A DNA stretch of 64,000 bases. Source: Candidatus Daviesbacteria bacterium. GTDB taxonomy: Bacteria; Patescibacteriota; Microgenomatia; Daviesbacterales; UBA10151. The notes beneath the pieces were generated by a model. The model did no database searches, was not told the origin of the DNA, and saw only the letters and a list, made by a program, of their open reading frames with translations. Numbering within the stretch: position 1 is the stretch's first letter; every line of letters starts with the position of its first letter. The stretch covers positions 163,637 through 227,636 of the forward strand of contig JACPKM010000004.1 of the NCBI GenBank assembly GCA_016187025.1, written 5' to 3'. Shown here one piece after another: positions 29,071-38,199 of the stretch. Position numbers and translations under genes: made by a program.

Positions 29071-30194
29071 AAAACAAAATTGGAATTGTAGGTGGTGGGC
29101 AACTGGGAAAAATGTTAACCCTTGAGGCTAAAAGATTAGGTTTTACAGTAGTGATCCTTGATCCAACTAGAAAAAGTCCTGCAGCTCAGGTATCAGATTA
29201 TCAACTAGTGGCAGATTTTAAAAATGAAAAAGCTATTAAACGGTTGGCTGAGCTTACAGATTACATAACTTTTGAAATAGAGCTTGCTAATGCAGATATT
29301 TTAAATGAAATTTCTAAACTAGGAGCAAAGGTTAATCCATCTGCAAAAACGTTAAATATTATTAAAGATAGGCTGAAACAAAAAGAGTTTCTTGTAAAAA
29401 ATAATATTCCAGTAGCGCCTTTTAGAAATGTCAACAACAGAGAAAATATTTTAGAATCAGCCAAAAAACTGGGATATCCGATTTTATTAAAGGCCCGGCT
29501 GGATGCATATGATGGTAGAGGAAATGTATTAATAAAAGACGAAAAAGAAATTGATGATGCTTTAGAAAAGTTGGTGGATAGAGAACTTTTCTTAGAAGGG
29601 TTTGTTTCATTTAAGAAAGAGCTTGCTGTGATGATTGCAAGAAGCTCAAAAGGTGAAATAGCTGTGTATCCAGTAGTGGAAACAGTTCACAAAAATAGTA
29701 TTTGTCATACGGTTTTTGCACCAGCTCCTGTTGATACTGCTATACAAAAAAAAGCAAAAAATCTAGCAATAAAGGTTATAAAGGTTTTAAAGGGTGCAGG
29801 GGTCTTTGGAATTGAAATGTTTTTGACTAAAGATAATAAAGTATTGGTAAATGAAATAGCTCCAAGAGTCCATAATTCAGGTCATTACTCAATTGAGGCT
29901 TGTTTAACTTCTCAATTTGAACAACATATACGGGCAATAACAGGACTACCTTTAGGAAGAACTGACATGGTTGTTTCTGCTGCTGTAATGATAAATATTT
30001 TAGGTGAAAGACATGGGCAATCAGAATTAAAGGGTTTAGAAAAAGCCTTAAAGCTGCCTAATGTTTCTGTACATATATATGGCAAGACTGAGACAAGGAT
30101 AGAAAGAAAAATGGGTCATATTACTGCTATTGATTCCTCTTTAAAGAAAGCGTATAACAAGGCATTAATAGCAAGAAAACTGATTTCAATTTAA
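29067..30194 (+). CDS. purK: N5-carboxyaminoimidazole ribonucleotide synthase
   Basis: [22 protein letters not shown] and an ATP-grasp body. Confidence 0.85.
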   Translation: MKNKIGIVGGGQLGKMLTLEAKRLGFTVVILDPTRKSPAAQVSDYQLVADFKNEKAIKRLAELTDYITFEIELANADILNEISKLGAKVNPSAKTLNIIKDRLKQKEFLVKNNIPVAPFRNVNNRENILESAKKLGYPILLKARLDAYDGRGNVLIKDEKEIDDALEKLVDRELFLEGFVSFKKELAVMIARSSKGEIAVYPVVETVHKNSICHTVFAPAPVDTAIQKKAKNLAIKVIKVLKGAGVFGIEMFLTKDNKVLVNEIAPRVHNSGHYSIEACLTSQFEQHIRAITGLPLGRTDMVVSAAVMINILGERHGQSELKGLEKALKLPNVSVHIYGKTETRIERKMGHITAIDSSLKKAYNKALIARKLISI

Positions 30195-30718
30195 TGAAGA
30201 GCGCGAATCCTTTAGTTGGCATTATTATGGGATCTGATTCAGATTTGTCAGTTATGTCTGAGGCAGCCAAGATACTGGATGAGTTTAATATTCCTTATGA
30301 GCTGATGATAGTATCTGCACACCGTACTCCAGATAGGATGTATACATTCGCAAAGCAAGCACAAAGCAGAGGAGTGAAGGTAATCATTGCAGGAGCAGGT
30401 GGCTCTGCACATCTGCCTGGAATGACAGCTTCGCTTACTTCACTTCCTGTAATTGGTGTTCCTATTCAAACAAAAACACTTTCTGGCATAGATTCGCTTT
30501 ATTCTATTGTACAAATGCCTCCTGGAGTTCCTGTTGCTACTGTTGGAATAAATGCTGCTTTAAATGCCGGGCTTTTGTCAGTAAAAATTTTGGCAATATA
30601 TGATGAAAAGCTATTAAAAAAGCTTGAAGAATACTCAAAATCCTCAGAAAGCTCGGTTGTTGCAAAATCCTCTAAACTAGAAAAAATTGGTTTTGAAAAA
30701 TATTTAAAAGCAAAATAA
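30194..30718 (+). CDS. purE: N5-CAIR mutase
   Basis: [14 protein letters not shown]...SAHRTPDRM...[10 protein letters not shown]. Confidence 0.9.
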   Translation: MKSANPLVGIIMGSDSDLSVMSEAAKILDEFNIPYELMIVSAHRTPDRMYTFAKQAQSRGVKVIIAGAGGSAHLPGMTASLTSLPVIGVPIQTKTLSGIDSLYSIVQMPPGVPVATVGINAALNAGLLSVKILAIYDEKLLKKLEEYSKSSESSVVAKSSKLEKIGFEKYLKAK

Positions 30719-31701
30719 TGGTTCAAGCAAAAATAATTCTTTCTGCTTTGCCGAAAGTATTAAAAGAAGTTGATATTCCAGGTTTGGGAAAAAAGTATCA
30801 AGGTAAAGTAAGAGATTATTATATTCTCAACTCAGAACGAATAATTATTACTACAGACCGGCAATCTGCCTTTGATGTGATATTGGGATGCATTCCATTT
30901 AAAGGTGCAGTATTAAACCAGCTTGCTGCTTTCTGGTTTAATAAAACAAAAAAAATTATCCCAAATCATTTAATTTCCGTTCCGGATCCGAATGTTTCTC
31001 TTGTTAAAAGCTGCACTGGAATTCCGATAGAAATGATAGTTAGGGGATATATTTCTGGTGTGACAAATACCTCAATTTGGGGCTCATACCAGAAAGGAGA
31101 GAGGATGATTTACGGGGTTAAGTTTCCCGATGGCTTAAGAAAGAATCAAAAGTTAAGAGACCCTGTTATTACTCCGACAACTCATGGGGGTGGTAAAAAT
31201 GGACATGACGAAAGATTAACCAGAAAAGAAATTTTAGAAAGGAAGCTTATCTCACCTAAACTCTACAAGCAAATGGAGGAAACAAGCCTCGAGCTTTTTA
31301 AGTTTGGGTCAAAACTGTGTGCAAAGCAGGGACTTATTTTAGTTGATACGAAATACGAGTTTGGACTGGATGAAAACAGCAACCTGATGTTGATGGATGA
31401 AATGCACACTCCAGATTCCTCAAGGTTTTGGATAGAGAAAACTTACAAGGATAGATTTGCAAAAGGTATAGAACCGGAAAACTTTGATAAAGAGTTTTTA
31501 CGGCTTTGGTATGCCCAAAGGGGATATAAAGGAGATGGCAATCCTCCCAAAATGAGCAAAGACTTAATTGTGGCCTTGGCTGAAAGATATATAGCAGTTT
31601 ATGCAAAGTTAACAGATAAAAAGTTTAAACTTTTTAAATATCCTATTGAAAAAAGAATAGAAAAAAACCTTCGTCCCATTATTAAGACCTATAGTAAATG
31701 A
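30718..31701 (+). CDS. purC: SAICAR synthetase (long form)
   Basis: GKVRDYY...TDRQSAFD and the downstream PurC core; 327 aa. Confidence 0.85.
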   Translation: MVQAKIILSALPKVLKEVDIPGLGKKYQGKVRDYYILNSERIIITTDRQSAFDVILGCIPFKGAVLNQLAAFWFNKTKKIIPNHLISVPDPNVSLVKSCTGIPIEMIVRGYISGVTNTSIWGSYQKGERMIYGVKFPDGLRKNQKLRDPVITPTTHGGGKNGHDERLTRKEILERKLISPKLYKQMEETSLELFKFGSKLCAKQGLILVDTKYEFGLDENSNLMLMDEMHTPDSSRFWIEKTYKDRFAKGIEPENFDKEFLRLWYAQRGYKGDGNPPKMSKDLIVALAERYIAVYAKLTDKKFKLFKYPIEKRIEKNLRPIIKTYSK

Positions 31702-31746
31702 CTAATCTTTCCTAATTGTATTAAAAGATGTAAGATAGGTTTTCGT

Positions 31747-32277
31747 ATGACTATACTAGGTATTGACCCAGGTACAGCTACAACAGGGTTTGGGGTAATA
31801 AAGATACCTGATGACATTATCGGCAGAGAATTTGATTACGGAATAGAACTTATAAACTACGGTAATATCAGTACTCCAAAAGACCGCTTAATGCAAGATA
31901 GGTTACTGATGATACATAGGCAGTTAAATGAAGTGATTGAAAAATATAAACCAGATGCAATTGCTTTGGAGATGCTATTTTTTGGGGCTAATTCCAGAAC
32001 CGCAATATCGGTAGGGCAAGCAAGGGGAGTTGCGCTACTTTGCGCTGCAGAACATAGAATTCCTTTACAAGATTATACTGGGTTACAAGTAAAGCTTATG
32101 GTTGCAGGAGGGGGTAGAGCTGATAAAAAGCAAGTACAAGAAGCAGTAAGAAAATGGCTAGGAAAAAATGGAGAAAAGCGTGCACAATTTGGAAAACTAA
32201 AAGGCGGACATTTAGATGATGCAATAGATGCAGTTGCGATAGCTATCTGTCATGTGCTAAAACTAGCAGCAAAGTAA
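31747..32277 (+). CDS. ruvC: Holliday junction resolvase
   Basis: ILGIDPGTATTGFGVI and the catalytic acidic residues. Confidence 0.85.
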   Translation: MTILGIDPGTATTGFGVIKIPDDIIGREFDYGIELINYGNISTPKDRLMQDRLLMIHRQLNEVIEKYKPDAIALEMLFFGANSRTAISVGQARGVALLCAAEHRIPLQDYTGLQVKLMVAGGGRADKKQVQEAVRKWLGKNGEKRAQFGKLKGGHLDDAIDAVAIAICHVLKLAAK

Positions 32278-32286
32278 GGTCCTGTA

Positions 32287-33081
32287 ATGACAAACTTTCA
32301 ATTGTTTATTCTAAACAAAAGACAAAAAATCATCATAGCATCTGCTATCTTAACCCTTGGTTTGCTTTCTACCCAGTTGGTTGATTTTAATCTGCGATTT
32401 AAGTTTATGGCAGGGCTTGGTGTAGCTGCCTATCTTCTATCACTATGGGCTTTGTGGGAGGGAATTAATAAAACTAAAGCCATGACTTTGATGATTTTAC
32501 CGGTCTTTTTTACCTTAGCTGTTGCAAGCTTTTATTTTCTGCTTCCTATCAGATGGTTAACCAGGCTACCAGTAGCTTTATTCTTTGGATTTATGTTTTA
32601 TTTGCTACTACTTGCTCAAAATGTATTTAACGTTGCCTCAATTAGAACCATACCTTTATATAGAGCTGCCTCAACGGCAGCTTTTCTTTTTACTCTTTTA
32701 TCTGCATTCTTCTTATATAACGTTATATATGCTTTTAATATGATGTTTTTAATTAATGGTTTAGCAGTGTTTTTACTGAGTTTTCCGCTTATTTTGCAGG
32801 TATTGTGGTCTTTGGAGATGGAAGAAAAGATTTCAGCTTCGATAACCATTCAAAGCTTTATATTAAGTCTAATCTTGGCAGAGTTAGCAGTTGTATTATC
32901 ATTTTGGCCTTTGGTGACAACAATATGGTCATTAACTCTGTCATCGGCAATGTATGTATTGTTAGGCTTGGCAACTCATATGTTAAGAGCAAGAATCAGT
33001 AGGAGAGCGGTGGGAGAGTACCTGATAATAGGGGCCCTAGTTTTAGTATTTGCCTTTTTTACTACTTCCTGGTCTGGTTAA
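32287..33081 (+). CDS. Hypothetical polytopic membrane protein
   Basis: At least 7 hydrophobic helices and no recognisable motif. Confidence 0.4.
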   Translation: MTNFQLFILNKRQKIIIASAILTLGLLSTQLVDFNLRFKFMAGLGVAAYLLSLWALWEGINKTKAMTLMILPVFFTLAVASFYFLLPIRWLTRLPVALFFGFMFYLLLLAQNVFNVASIRTIPLYRAASTAAFLFTLLSAFFLYNVIYAFNMMFLINGLAVFLLSFPLILQVLWSLEMEEKISASITIQSFILSLILAELAVVLSFWPLVTTIWSLTLSSAMYVLLGLATHMLRARISRRAVGEYLIIGALVLVFAFFTTSWSG

Positions 33082-33888
33082 TGAACTACCCCGCAGCAGA
33101 GCTGCGAGGTATCGCAAGCGAAAGTTCTTGTTACCAAGTTGTAACCGCGCAGTAAACTGCTCGGTATTATGTAACAATAAATACTTTTTTAGCTTCAAAG
33201 AAAAAATTTACAAACAATCTAACGATAGAGGAGTAGGGTGTGAAAATTCAGTAAGAATATCGTGAAAATAAAATACTATGAGACTTTCGCGTACCAAGAA
33301 ACTTTTTACTCCTGTGTGGATAACTTATTGCTTAAAAATTTGCACTAGATTGATATAGTTGCTAATTGCAGGCCCCGCTCCCCGGAGGAGAGGGCTAATA
33401 ATACTTCCTAATTTACACTAACCTAAAAGGAAAGAAGCTTGTAAGCTTTGTTATTTTGGTCTTTTCCTGAAATATACTCCTTTCTGCTAGGCCACCCAGA
33501 CTTACCTATATATTAACGTCGTACAATGTATCTTATACGACGTTCAGAAAGGATTTGCCAGAGGAGAGGTTATGTGGTTAAGCTAAGAGTTACTAATGCA
33601 AAATTTAAAATTTTTAACATGTATTTTTAATGCCTAATTTTAGCTGCAATTCTTCCATTTTTTTACTGATGATTTTTTTACAATGTCCGCTTTTTTACTA
33701 AATATCTTAGTTTTTACTTTGGCGCTCTATAGAGCGCTAAACTTGGATGATGGTAGATACTGCTAGTCCCCTAATCAACCGTTTTTGAGGCCTTTACGGG
33801 CTTCGTGCCTGAGAGGTCTCTTGATGTCGGACAATATTAACCATCTATTGACAAACTACTATTAAAAGTGTCAATCTGAAGTCAAGCT
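33082..33888. other. Unusually long (~800 bp) gene-free interval rich in palindromes/hairpins
   Basis: No ORF has coding character. It contains the perfect 16-bp palindrome gcgctctatagagcgc (33722..33737), a 9-bp-stem hairpin aacgtcgta...tacgacgtt (33515..33544), aagcttgtaagctt, cgcagc-aga-gctgcg, and TTGACA...tgtcaa just before the ATG at 33889. Confidence 0.4.
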
Positions 33889-36735
33889 ATGTTTGACAAT
33901 CTAAGAGATAGTTTTTCAAAGAAAAACCTAATTAATCTATTGCTTCTTGGTATTTTAGTTCTGGCTGTTCCCCTATCTGTGGATCTGGTAAGACGCCAAC
34001 AGGTATTTAAGTCATTTGCACTGGGTGAATCAATAGAGCTTTTGTCCAATAAGTGCGTAAAAACAAGAGATGGAAAGCAAGTAGTTGTTTGCCCGGAGAT
34101 ATCCTTTAAGATTACTCCTCCCAGGGAATTTTTAGCAAGCAATAATTCCCTAAGTAAAAGTTTAGCCTTAAATCAAAGTATTCTTGGCACGGTTTATGCT
34201 GGCCATCCGGAAGGGACAGAAGGATGGTATTGTGCAGATAATCAGATTTGGCATGATAAAGCTGATGGAAACCATGAGTTCTGGGAAGATTGTGGGTCAG
34301 ACAAGGAGTGTGTTAGTATTTCTCCTCCACCTGGTTATTCTCAAGACGCAGAGTGTCGAATAAGGCAACAAGAACCAGAGCAGCAAGAATCTCAGCCACG
34401 AGAGCCTCAATGTGAATGGAGAGATTTACGAAACGAATGCACAGCCTGTAATGAGGCAAGAAAAATAGAAAAAAAAGTTTGTGATGGAAATGACACCGGA
34501 GAAACAAGAATTGCCCAAGAAGGTGTAAGCGATTCTGGATGTAGTAGCTGGTGTTCAAATCAACCAGAGCAAGAGCAGCAGCCAAGTGGAGGTACAGGTC
34601 CGCAGTGGTGTTCTGGGTATGTGCAAGACTGCTGGGAAGATGTAAATGGAGATGGTATTGAGGAAAGAGGTACTCAATGGTGCTCTGGAGGGGTAAATGA
34701 GGGAGGAAACTGCGCTTGGGATCCTCAAGTCACTACTTGTGGTGTTTGCGAAATAATAGACACTTCCTCTGGACAGACCTACTCACCAGGAGGCCAGTCA
34801 CAGCAGCAATGTAACGGTGATGTAACTGTTGATACTCTCGCTCCGACAGGAGTGGATTATTTAGTTAGCGAAAAAATCGTTACTAATGAAAAAGATGGTA
34901 CAAGATATAAGGCCTACACTACAGAAGACAAACGAAATAATAAAACTTGTGGTTATGAATATTTCCAATATATTTCCACTCTGAGCGATGGCAAATACTG
35001 TGCAAATTACGTTTTTGGCCCGTGGGATAATCAGCAGGTTTGTAAAGATGTTGCTGTTCCTCCGGCTCCAGATTCATCAGGTTGTACCACTGGTTCTGCA
35101 GGATCTATTACCCAACAACAGGCAGAGTGTGTAATTGGAAAAAGAAGTGATTTACTTTCATTTTTTAGAAATAATGGTTGGTGTACTGATAAGAAAGAAA
35201 ATTATCAGGGAATAGTTAATAACTGGATGGGTATAAATACCCAGAATGATAAAGATCAAGTTGCAAGCTGCCTAGGGTCAACACCATCTTCTTGCACAAC
35301 AGGGTCTGCAGGAACAGTTACTCTAGAACAGGCAAAATGTGTGTTAGGCAAAAGAAGTGATATTTTAACTTTTTACAGATCTAATAGTTGGTGTACTGAT
35401 AAAGAGGACAACTACCCAGGAATTATAAACAACTGGATGGGTATTAACAACCAAAATGATAAAAATCAGGTTGCAAGCTGCTTTAGTCAACCCTCATCTA
35501 CTTGTTCCATCAAGTTACAAAGGAGCGGTACTTCCGGTTGGAGCCAAGCACTTACTGTAAAAGTGAACGATCGAGTTAAAATAGCTGCTTTAAACTCATT
35601 AGATCAAGCTATCCCGGGCGTAAATCTTAGTGTTTCCGGTCCAAATAATTTCTCAAGAAGCTTGTCAAATCAGCAAGAATTGACGCTTTCTACGCAAGGG
35701 ACATATAGTATAACTGCCAGAGGTGGTAGTTGTGACAGCGCCAGTGCTGCAACGCTGACTGTTTCTCCTTCAGACCAGTCAGATACTCAAATTGAGTTTA
35801 GAATTGCAGAAGAAAGAGCGGATTTAAGCAAGCAAAACTTTATTAAAATTCCTGCTGGCCGACAACATGAAGTGATAAACCATACTTTAGCCAACACAAC
35901 TCCTGGTAAAAAGTTTATGTGGGTAGAGTTTAAAAAAGGCGACCAGTTTTCCTCCCCTATCTCTGCCGAAATAGAATATGTTGGACCTGCGCCTCAAATT
36001 GACACTTTGTCATGTAATCTAGATATAGCTGGTAAGGGTTTGGTGTTTGAAATAGAGGGTAATAACTTTAGTGCAAATCAAGGTCGTTTAACTGCAAATA
36101 ATACACAAGTTACAATTACTGAATGGATTCATAATAAGATTAAAGGTAATATAGAAAATCCTTCCTTCTCCCCTACTGCCGGGCAATCTTATCAAGTAGT
36201 TGTTACTAGAAACGATGGTGAGAGTTTCCAGCAAAACTGTCTAATTGGTATTTCGCAAATTATTCTTGGAGTAAAACCTGTTTGTGTAGCCCCCAACAGA
36301 AACATTGCCAATGTGGAAGTAGCCATTAAAGAGGCAAGTGCAAGTGGAAATGCAGTACGGGAAACAGTTGAAATAGATAAAGAGGGAGTTATTAAAAACT
36401 TAAAGACTAAACTACAAGGCCCAACCGATGGAAAGCCCGGTAAAAGATATAAAATATCTGTAAAAGCTCCTCAATACCTAAGACGTCATGGTTTATTTAC
36501 TGCAGCTAGCGGTACAACAGTTCTACCTGGCCTTAGTTTACCATGGGGGGATATCTGTCCTACCAGCGGAGATGGTATTATAAATAGTATAGATAAGTCT
36601 TGTCTCAACCAACAATGGGGTAAGGTTGCTTCGACAGCCAAGGTTTGCGACTGTAATGGCGATGGAGTTTGCAATGCTTTTGAATGGGGTTATATGAAAC
36701 TTAATTTTAACGATGTAAATGATGCTGAATTATAA
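33889..36735 (+). CDS. Large (948 aa) secreted/anchored Cys-rich protein with internal tandem repeats and C-terminal dockerin-like module
   Basis: N-terminal signal anchor LINLLLLGILVLAVPL. It is cysteine-rich, with paired QWCSG motifs. The C-terminus PTSGDGIINSIDKSCL...DCNGDGVCNAFEWGYM resembles the duplicated Ca-binding loop plus helix of type-I dockerins. Confidence 0.55.
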   Translation: MFDNLRDSFSKKNLINLLLLGILVLAVPLSVDLVRRQQVFKSFALGESIELLSNKCVKTRDGKQVVVCPEISFKITPPREFLASNNSLSKSLALNQSILGTVYAGHPEGTEGWYCADNQIWHDKADGNHEFWEDCGSDKECVSISPPPGYSQDAECRIRQQEPEQQESQPREPQCEWRDLRNECTACNEARKIEKKVCDGNDTGETRIAQEGVSDSGCSSWCSNQPEQEQQPSGGTGPQWCSGYVQDCWEDVNGDGIEERGTQWCSGGVNEGGNCAWDPQVTTCGVCEIIDTSSGQTYSPGGQSQQQCNGDVTVDTLAPTGVDYLVSEKIVTNEKDGTRYKAYTTEDKRNNKTCGYEYFQYISTLSDGKYCANYVFGPWDNQQVCKDVAVPPAPDSSGCTTGSAGSITQQQAECVIGKRSDLLSFFRNNGWCTDKKENYQGIVNNWMGINTQNDKDQVASCLGSTPSSCTTGSAGTVTLEQAKCVLGKRSDILTFYRSNSWCTDKEDNYPGIINNWMGINNQNDKNQVASCFSQPSSTCSIKLQRSGTSGWSQALTVKVNDRVKIAALNSLDQAIPGVNLSVSGPNNFSRSLSNQQELTLSTQGTYSITARGGSCDSASAATLTVSPSDQSDTQIEFRIAEERADLSKQNFIKIPAGRQHEVINHTLANTTPGKKFMWVEFKKGDQFSSPISAEIEYVGPAPQIDTLSCNLDIAGKGLVFEIEGNNFSANQGRLTANNTQVTITEWIHNKIKGNIENPSFSPTAGQSYQVVVTRNDGESFQQNCLIGISQIILGVKPVCVAPNRNIANVEVAIKEASASGNAVRETVEIDKEGVIKNLKTKLQGPTDGKPGKRYKISVKAPQYLRRHGLFTAASGTTVLPGLSLPWGDICPTSGDGIINSIDKSCLNQQWGKVASTAKVCDCNGDGVCNAFEWGYMKLNFNDVNDAEL
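35083..35481 (+). repeat. Intragenic tandem duplication (2 copies, ~189 bp each, period ~210 bp) encoding a ~63-aa Cys module
   Basis: Copy 1 (35083..35271) and copy 2 (35293..35481) both begin tg(t/c)ac.ac.gg.tctgcagga and end gttgcaagctgc. Protein repeat: C-TTGSAG-x-T-xxQA-x-C-V-x-GKRSD-x-L-xF-x-R-xN-xWCTDK-xx-NY-xGI-xNNWMGIN-xQNDK-xQVASC. Confidence 0.8.
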
Positions 36736-36825
36736 CGTAAACGTTACAAGAAGTTTACGATGTAATCTAAACGATTATAACGTAAACGTTACAAGAAGTT
36801 TACGATGTAATCTAAACGATTATAA
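36736..36825. repeat. Perfect 45-bp x2 intergenic tandem direct repeat
   Basis: cgtaaacgttacaagaagtttacgatgtaatctaaacgattataa occurs twice back-to-back, at 36736..36780 and 36781..36825. The unit end ttataa is also present at 36730..36735. Each unit holds a 7-bp inverted repeat cgtaaac/gtttacg. Confidence 0.9.
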
Positions 36826-36827
36826 CT

Positions 36828-37463
36828 ATGGATAGTCCTGCCAACAACCAATTAGTAAACAACACATATTTTGAGGGGTCAAAATCTAGATTCAGACTGT
36901 TTAGAATAAAGTTATGGCCTTTTGGGGTATATGCAGTATTGGGACTGGTTCTTCTGGTTGAAATTGTATTAGGTATACAACAGTTAATTAAACCTCCCCC
37001 CTCACTACAGCCCTCGCAGCCTATTTCAGGTGGTAAGATTGCCCTTGTATCCTCTGCAAAAGAATATAAGCTGGGAGATGAGGTAACAGTTTCTGTTAAA
37101 GTATCTACCTCAGGTAATCCGACATATGGGGTAGATTTAGTTGTTATTTACGATCCCAAGGTCCTTGAAGCAACCTCCAGTTCTTTTTTTGAAAAGGGCA
37201 CAATTTATTCAGAATACCCTTTAGCAAGCTTGGATACACAAAATGGAGTTATTAAGGTTTCAGGTATTGCTTCAGGCAATCAAAAAGGTTTTAATGGAAG
37301 TGGGACCCTTGCAAGTTTAAAGTTTAAGGCCAAATCAGCAGGCAATACAACACTGAAGGTAGATTATAAAAAAGATGCGACAAATGAAAGTAATATAATT
37401 GAATCAACTGAGGCCAAAGATATCTTAGACAAGACTTATGACCTGAAATTAACCGTTAAATGA
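36828..37463 (+). CDS. Membrane-anchored cohesin-like domain protein
   Basis: N-terminal TM anchor. The following ~140-aa beta-rich domain (KLGDEVTVSVKVSTSG...VDLVVIYDPKVLEA...GSGTLASLKFKAKSAGNTTLKVDY) matches the cohesin type-I pattern (V.V.V.....G..LAxIxFKAK.AG...L). Confidence 0.5.
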   Translation: MDSPANNQLVNNTYFEGSKSRFRLFRIKLWPFGVYAVLGLVLLVEIVLGIQQLIKPPPSLQPSQPISGGKIALVSSAKEYKLGDEVTVSVKVSTSGNPTYGVDLVVIYDPKVLEATSSSFFEKGTIYSEYPLASLDTQNGVIKVSGIASGNQKGFNGSGTLASLKFKAKSAGNTTLKVDYKKDATNESNIIESTEAKDILDKTYDLKLTVK

Positions 37464-38191
37464 CTATGAAAAAAATCATTTCCATTTTCATCTTAACTTC
37501 TGTCTTTTTAATTTTACCGCTACCTGTTTTTGCAGCTACTCTTTCTTTGTCCCCTTCCACCGGTAATTTTAACAAAGGCTGTGATGTTACAGTTGATATA
37601 AACTTAAACACAGAAGGAGTGCAAACAGATGGGACAGATGCAATTGTTTTATATGACTCTTCACGCTTAACCGCTAATCAGATTGTTTCCGGCCAAATCT
37701 ATTCAGATTATCCTGGAAATAATATCGATGAGCAGTCGGGCAAGATAACTATTTCAGGTTTATCATCTGTAAGCAGTGCCTTTTCCGGTAGTGGCACTTT
37801 TGCAAAAATTAACTTTACTGTTAAAGATAATGCTTCGGTAGGGGTAACGCAAGTAAAATTTGATTTTGACTCAAATGATAAATCCAAAACTACAGATTCT
37901 AATGTGGTTGAAAGAGGTACTGTAGCAGATGTATTAAGCTCAGTAGTAAATGGAAATTATACTATTGGTTCCGGTGCCTGCACTGTTCAAGGAAGCCCTC
38001 CGACTATTGTAGTTACCCCTCCTGTTTCTCAAGGCGGGATCTCTACTCCATCAGGAGCAGTAAAAACTCCTGTCAAAACAATAGATGATATGGTGGGTGG
38101 TAAAACCGGCTCTCAGGAATTTAGTTATATGCTGGCAATACTTGGGGTAACAATGGCAGTACTGGGAGTGTTAGGGTTTGCTCTTCTTTAA
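37460..38191 (+). CDS. Secreted cohesin-like domain protein with C-terminal TM anchor
   Basis: Signal peptide ends ...LPVFA-ATL. Cohesin-like core LSLSPSTG...CDVTVDINL...DAIVLYDSSRL...GSGTFAKINFTVKDNASVGVTQVKFDF. C-terminal hydrophobic helix MLAILGVTMAVLGVLGFALL. ATGA overlap with the upstream gene. Confidence 0.5.
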   Translation: MTMKKIISIFILTSVFLILPLPVFAATLSLSPSTGNFNKGCDVTVDINLNTEGVQTDGTDAIVLYDSSRLTANQIVSGQIYSDYPGNNIDEQSGKITISGLSSVSSAFSGSGTFAKINFTVKDNASVGVTQVKFDFDSNDKSKTTDSNVVERGTVADVLSSVVNGNYTIGSGACTVQGSPPTIVVTPPVSQGGISTPSGAVKTPVKTIDDMVGGKTGSQEFSYMLAILGVTMAVLGVLGFALL

Positions 38192-38199
38192 AACAATGT

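Noticed and set aside
33082-33888. tRNA, tmRNA, RNase P RNA or SRP RNA in the 800-bp gap
   Set aside because: I looked for GGTTCGAATCC-type T-arm motifs and for the conserved boxes of RNase P (GGAAAGTCCGGGCTCC), tmRNA (tag ORF, terminal CCA) and 4.5S RNA. I did not find them by eye. A novel ncRNA remains possible and is listed as a finding instead.
33050-34142. Small ORFs 33050..33265 (+) and 33882..34142 (-) in or around the gap
   Set aside because: They have no start context and no coding bias. The latter is antisense to the start of the large surface protein gene.
36736-36825. The 45-bp tandem repeat as a possible CRISPR array
   Set aside because: There are only two identical units, directly abutting with no unique spacers, and no cas genes are in the window. 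I call it a tandem direct repeat, not CRISPR.
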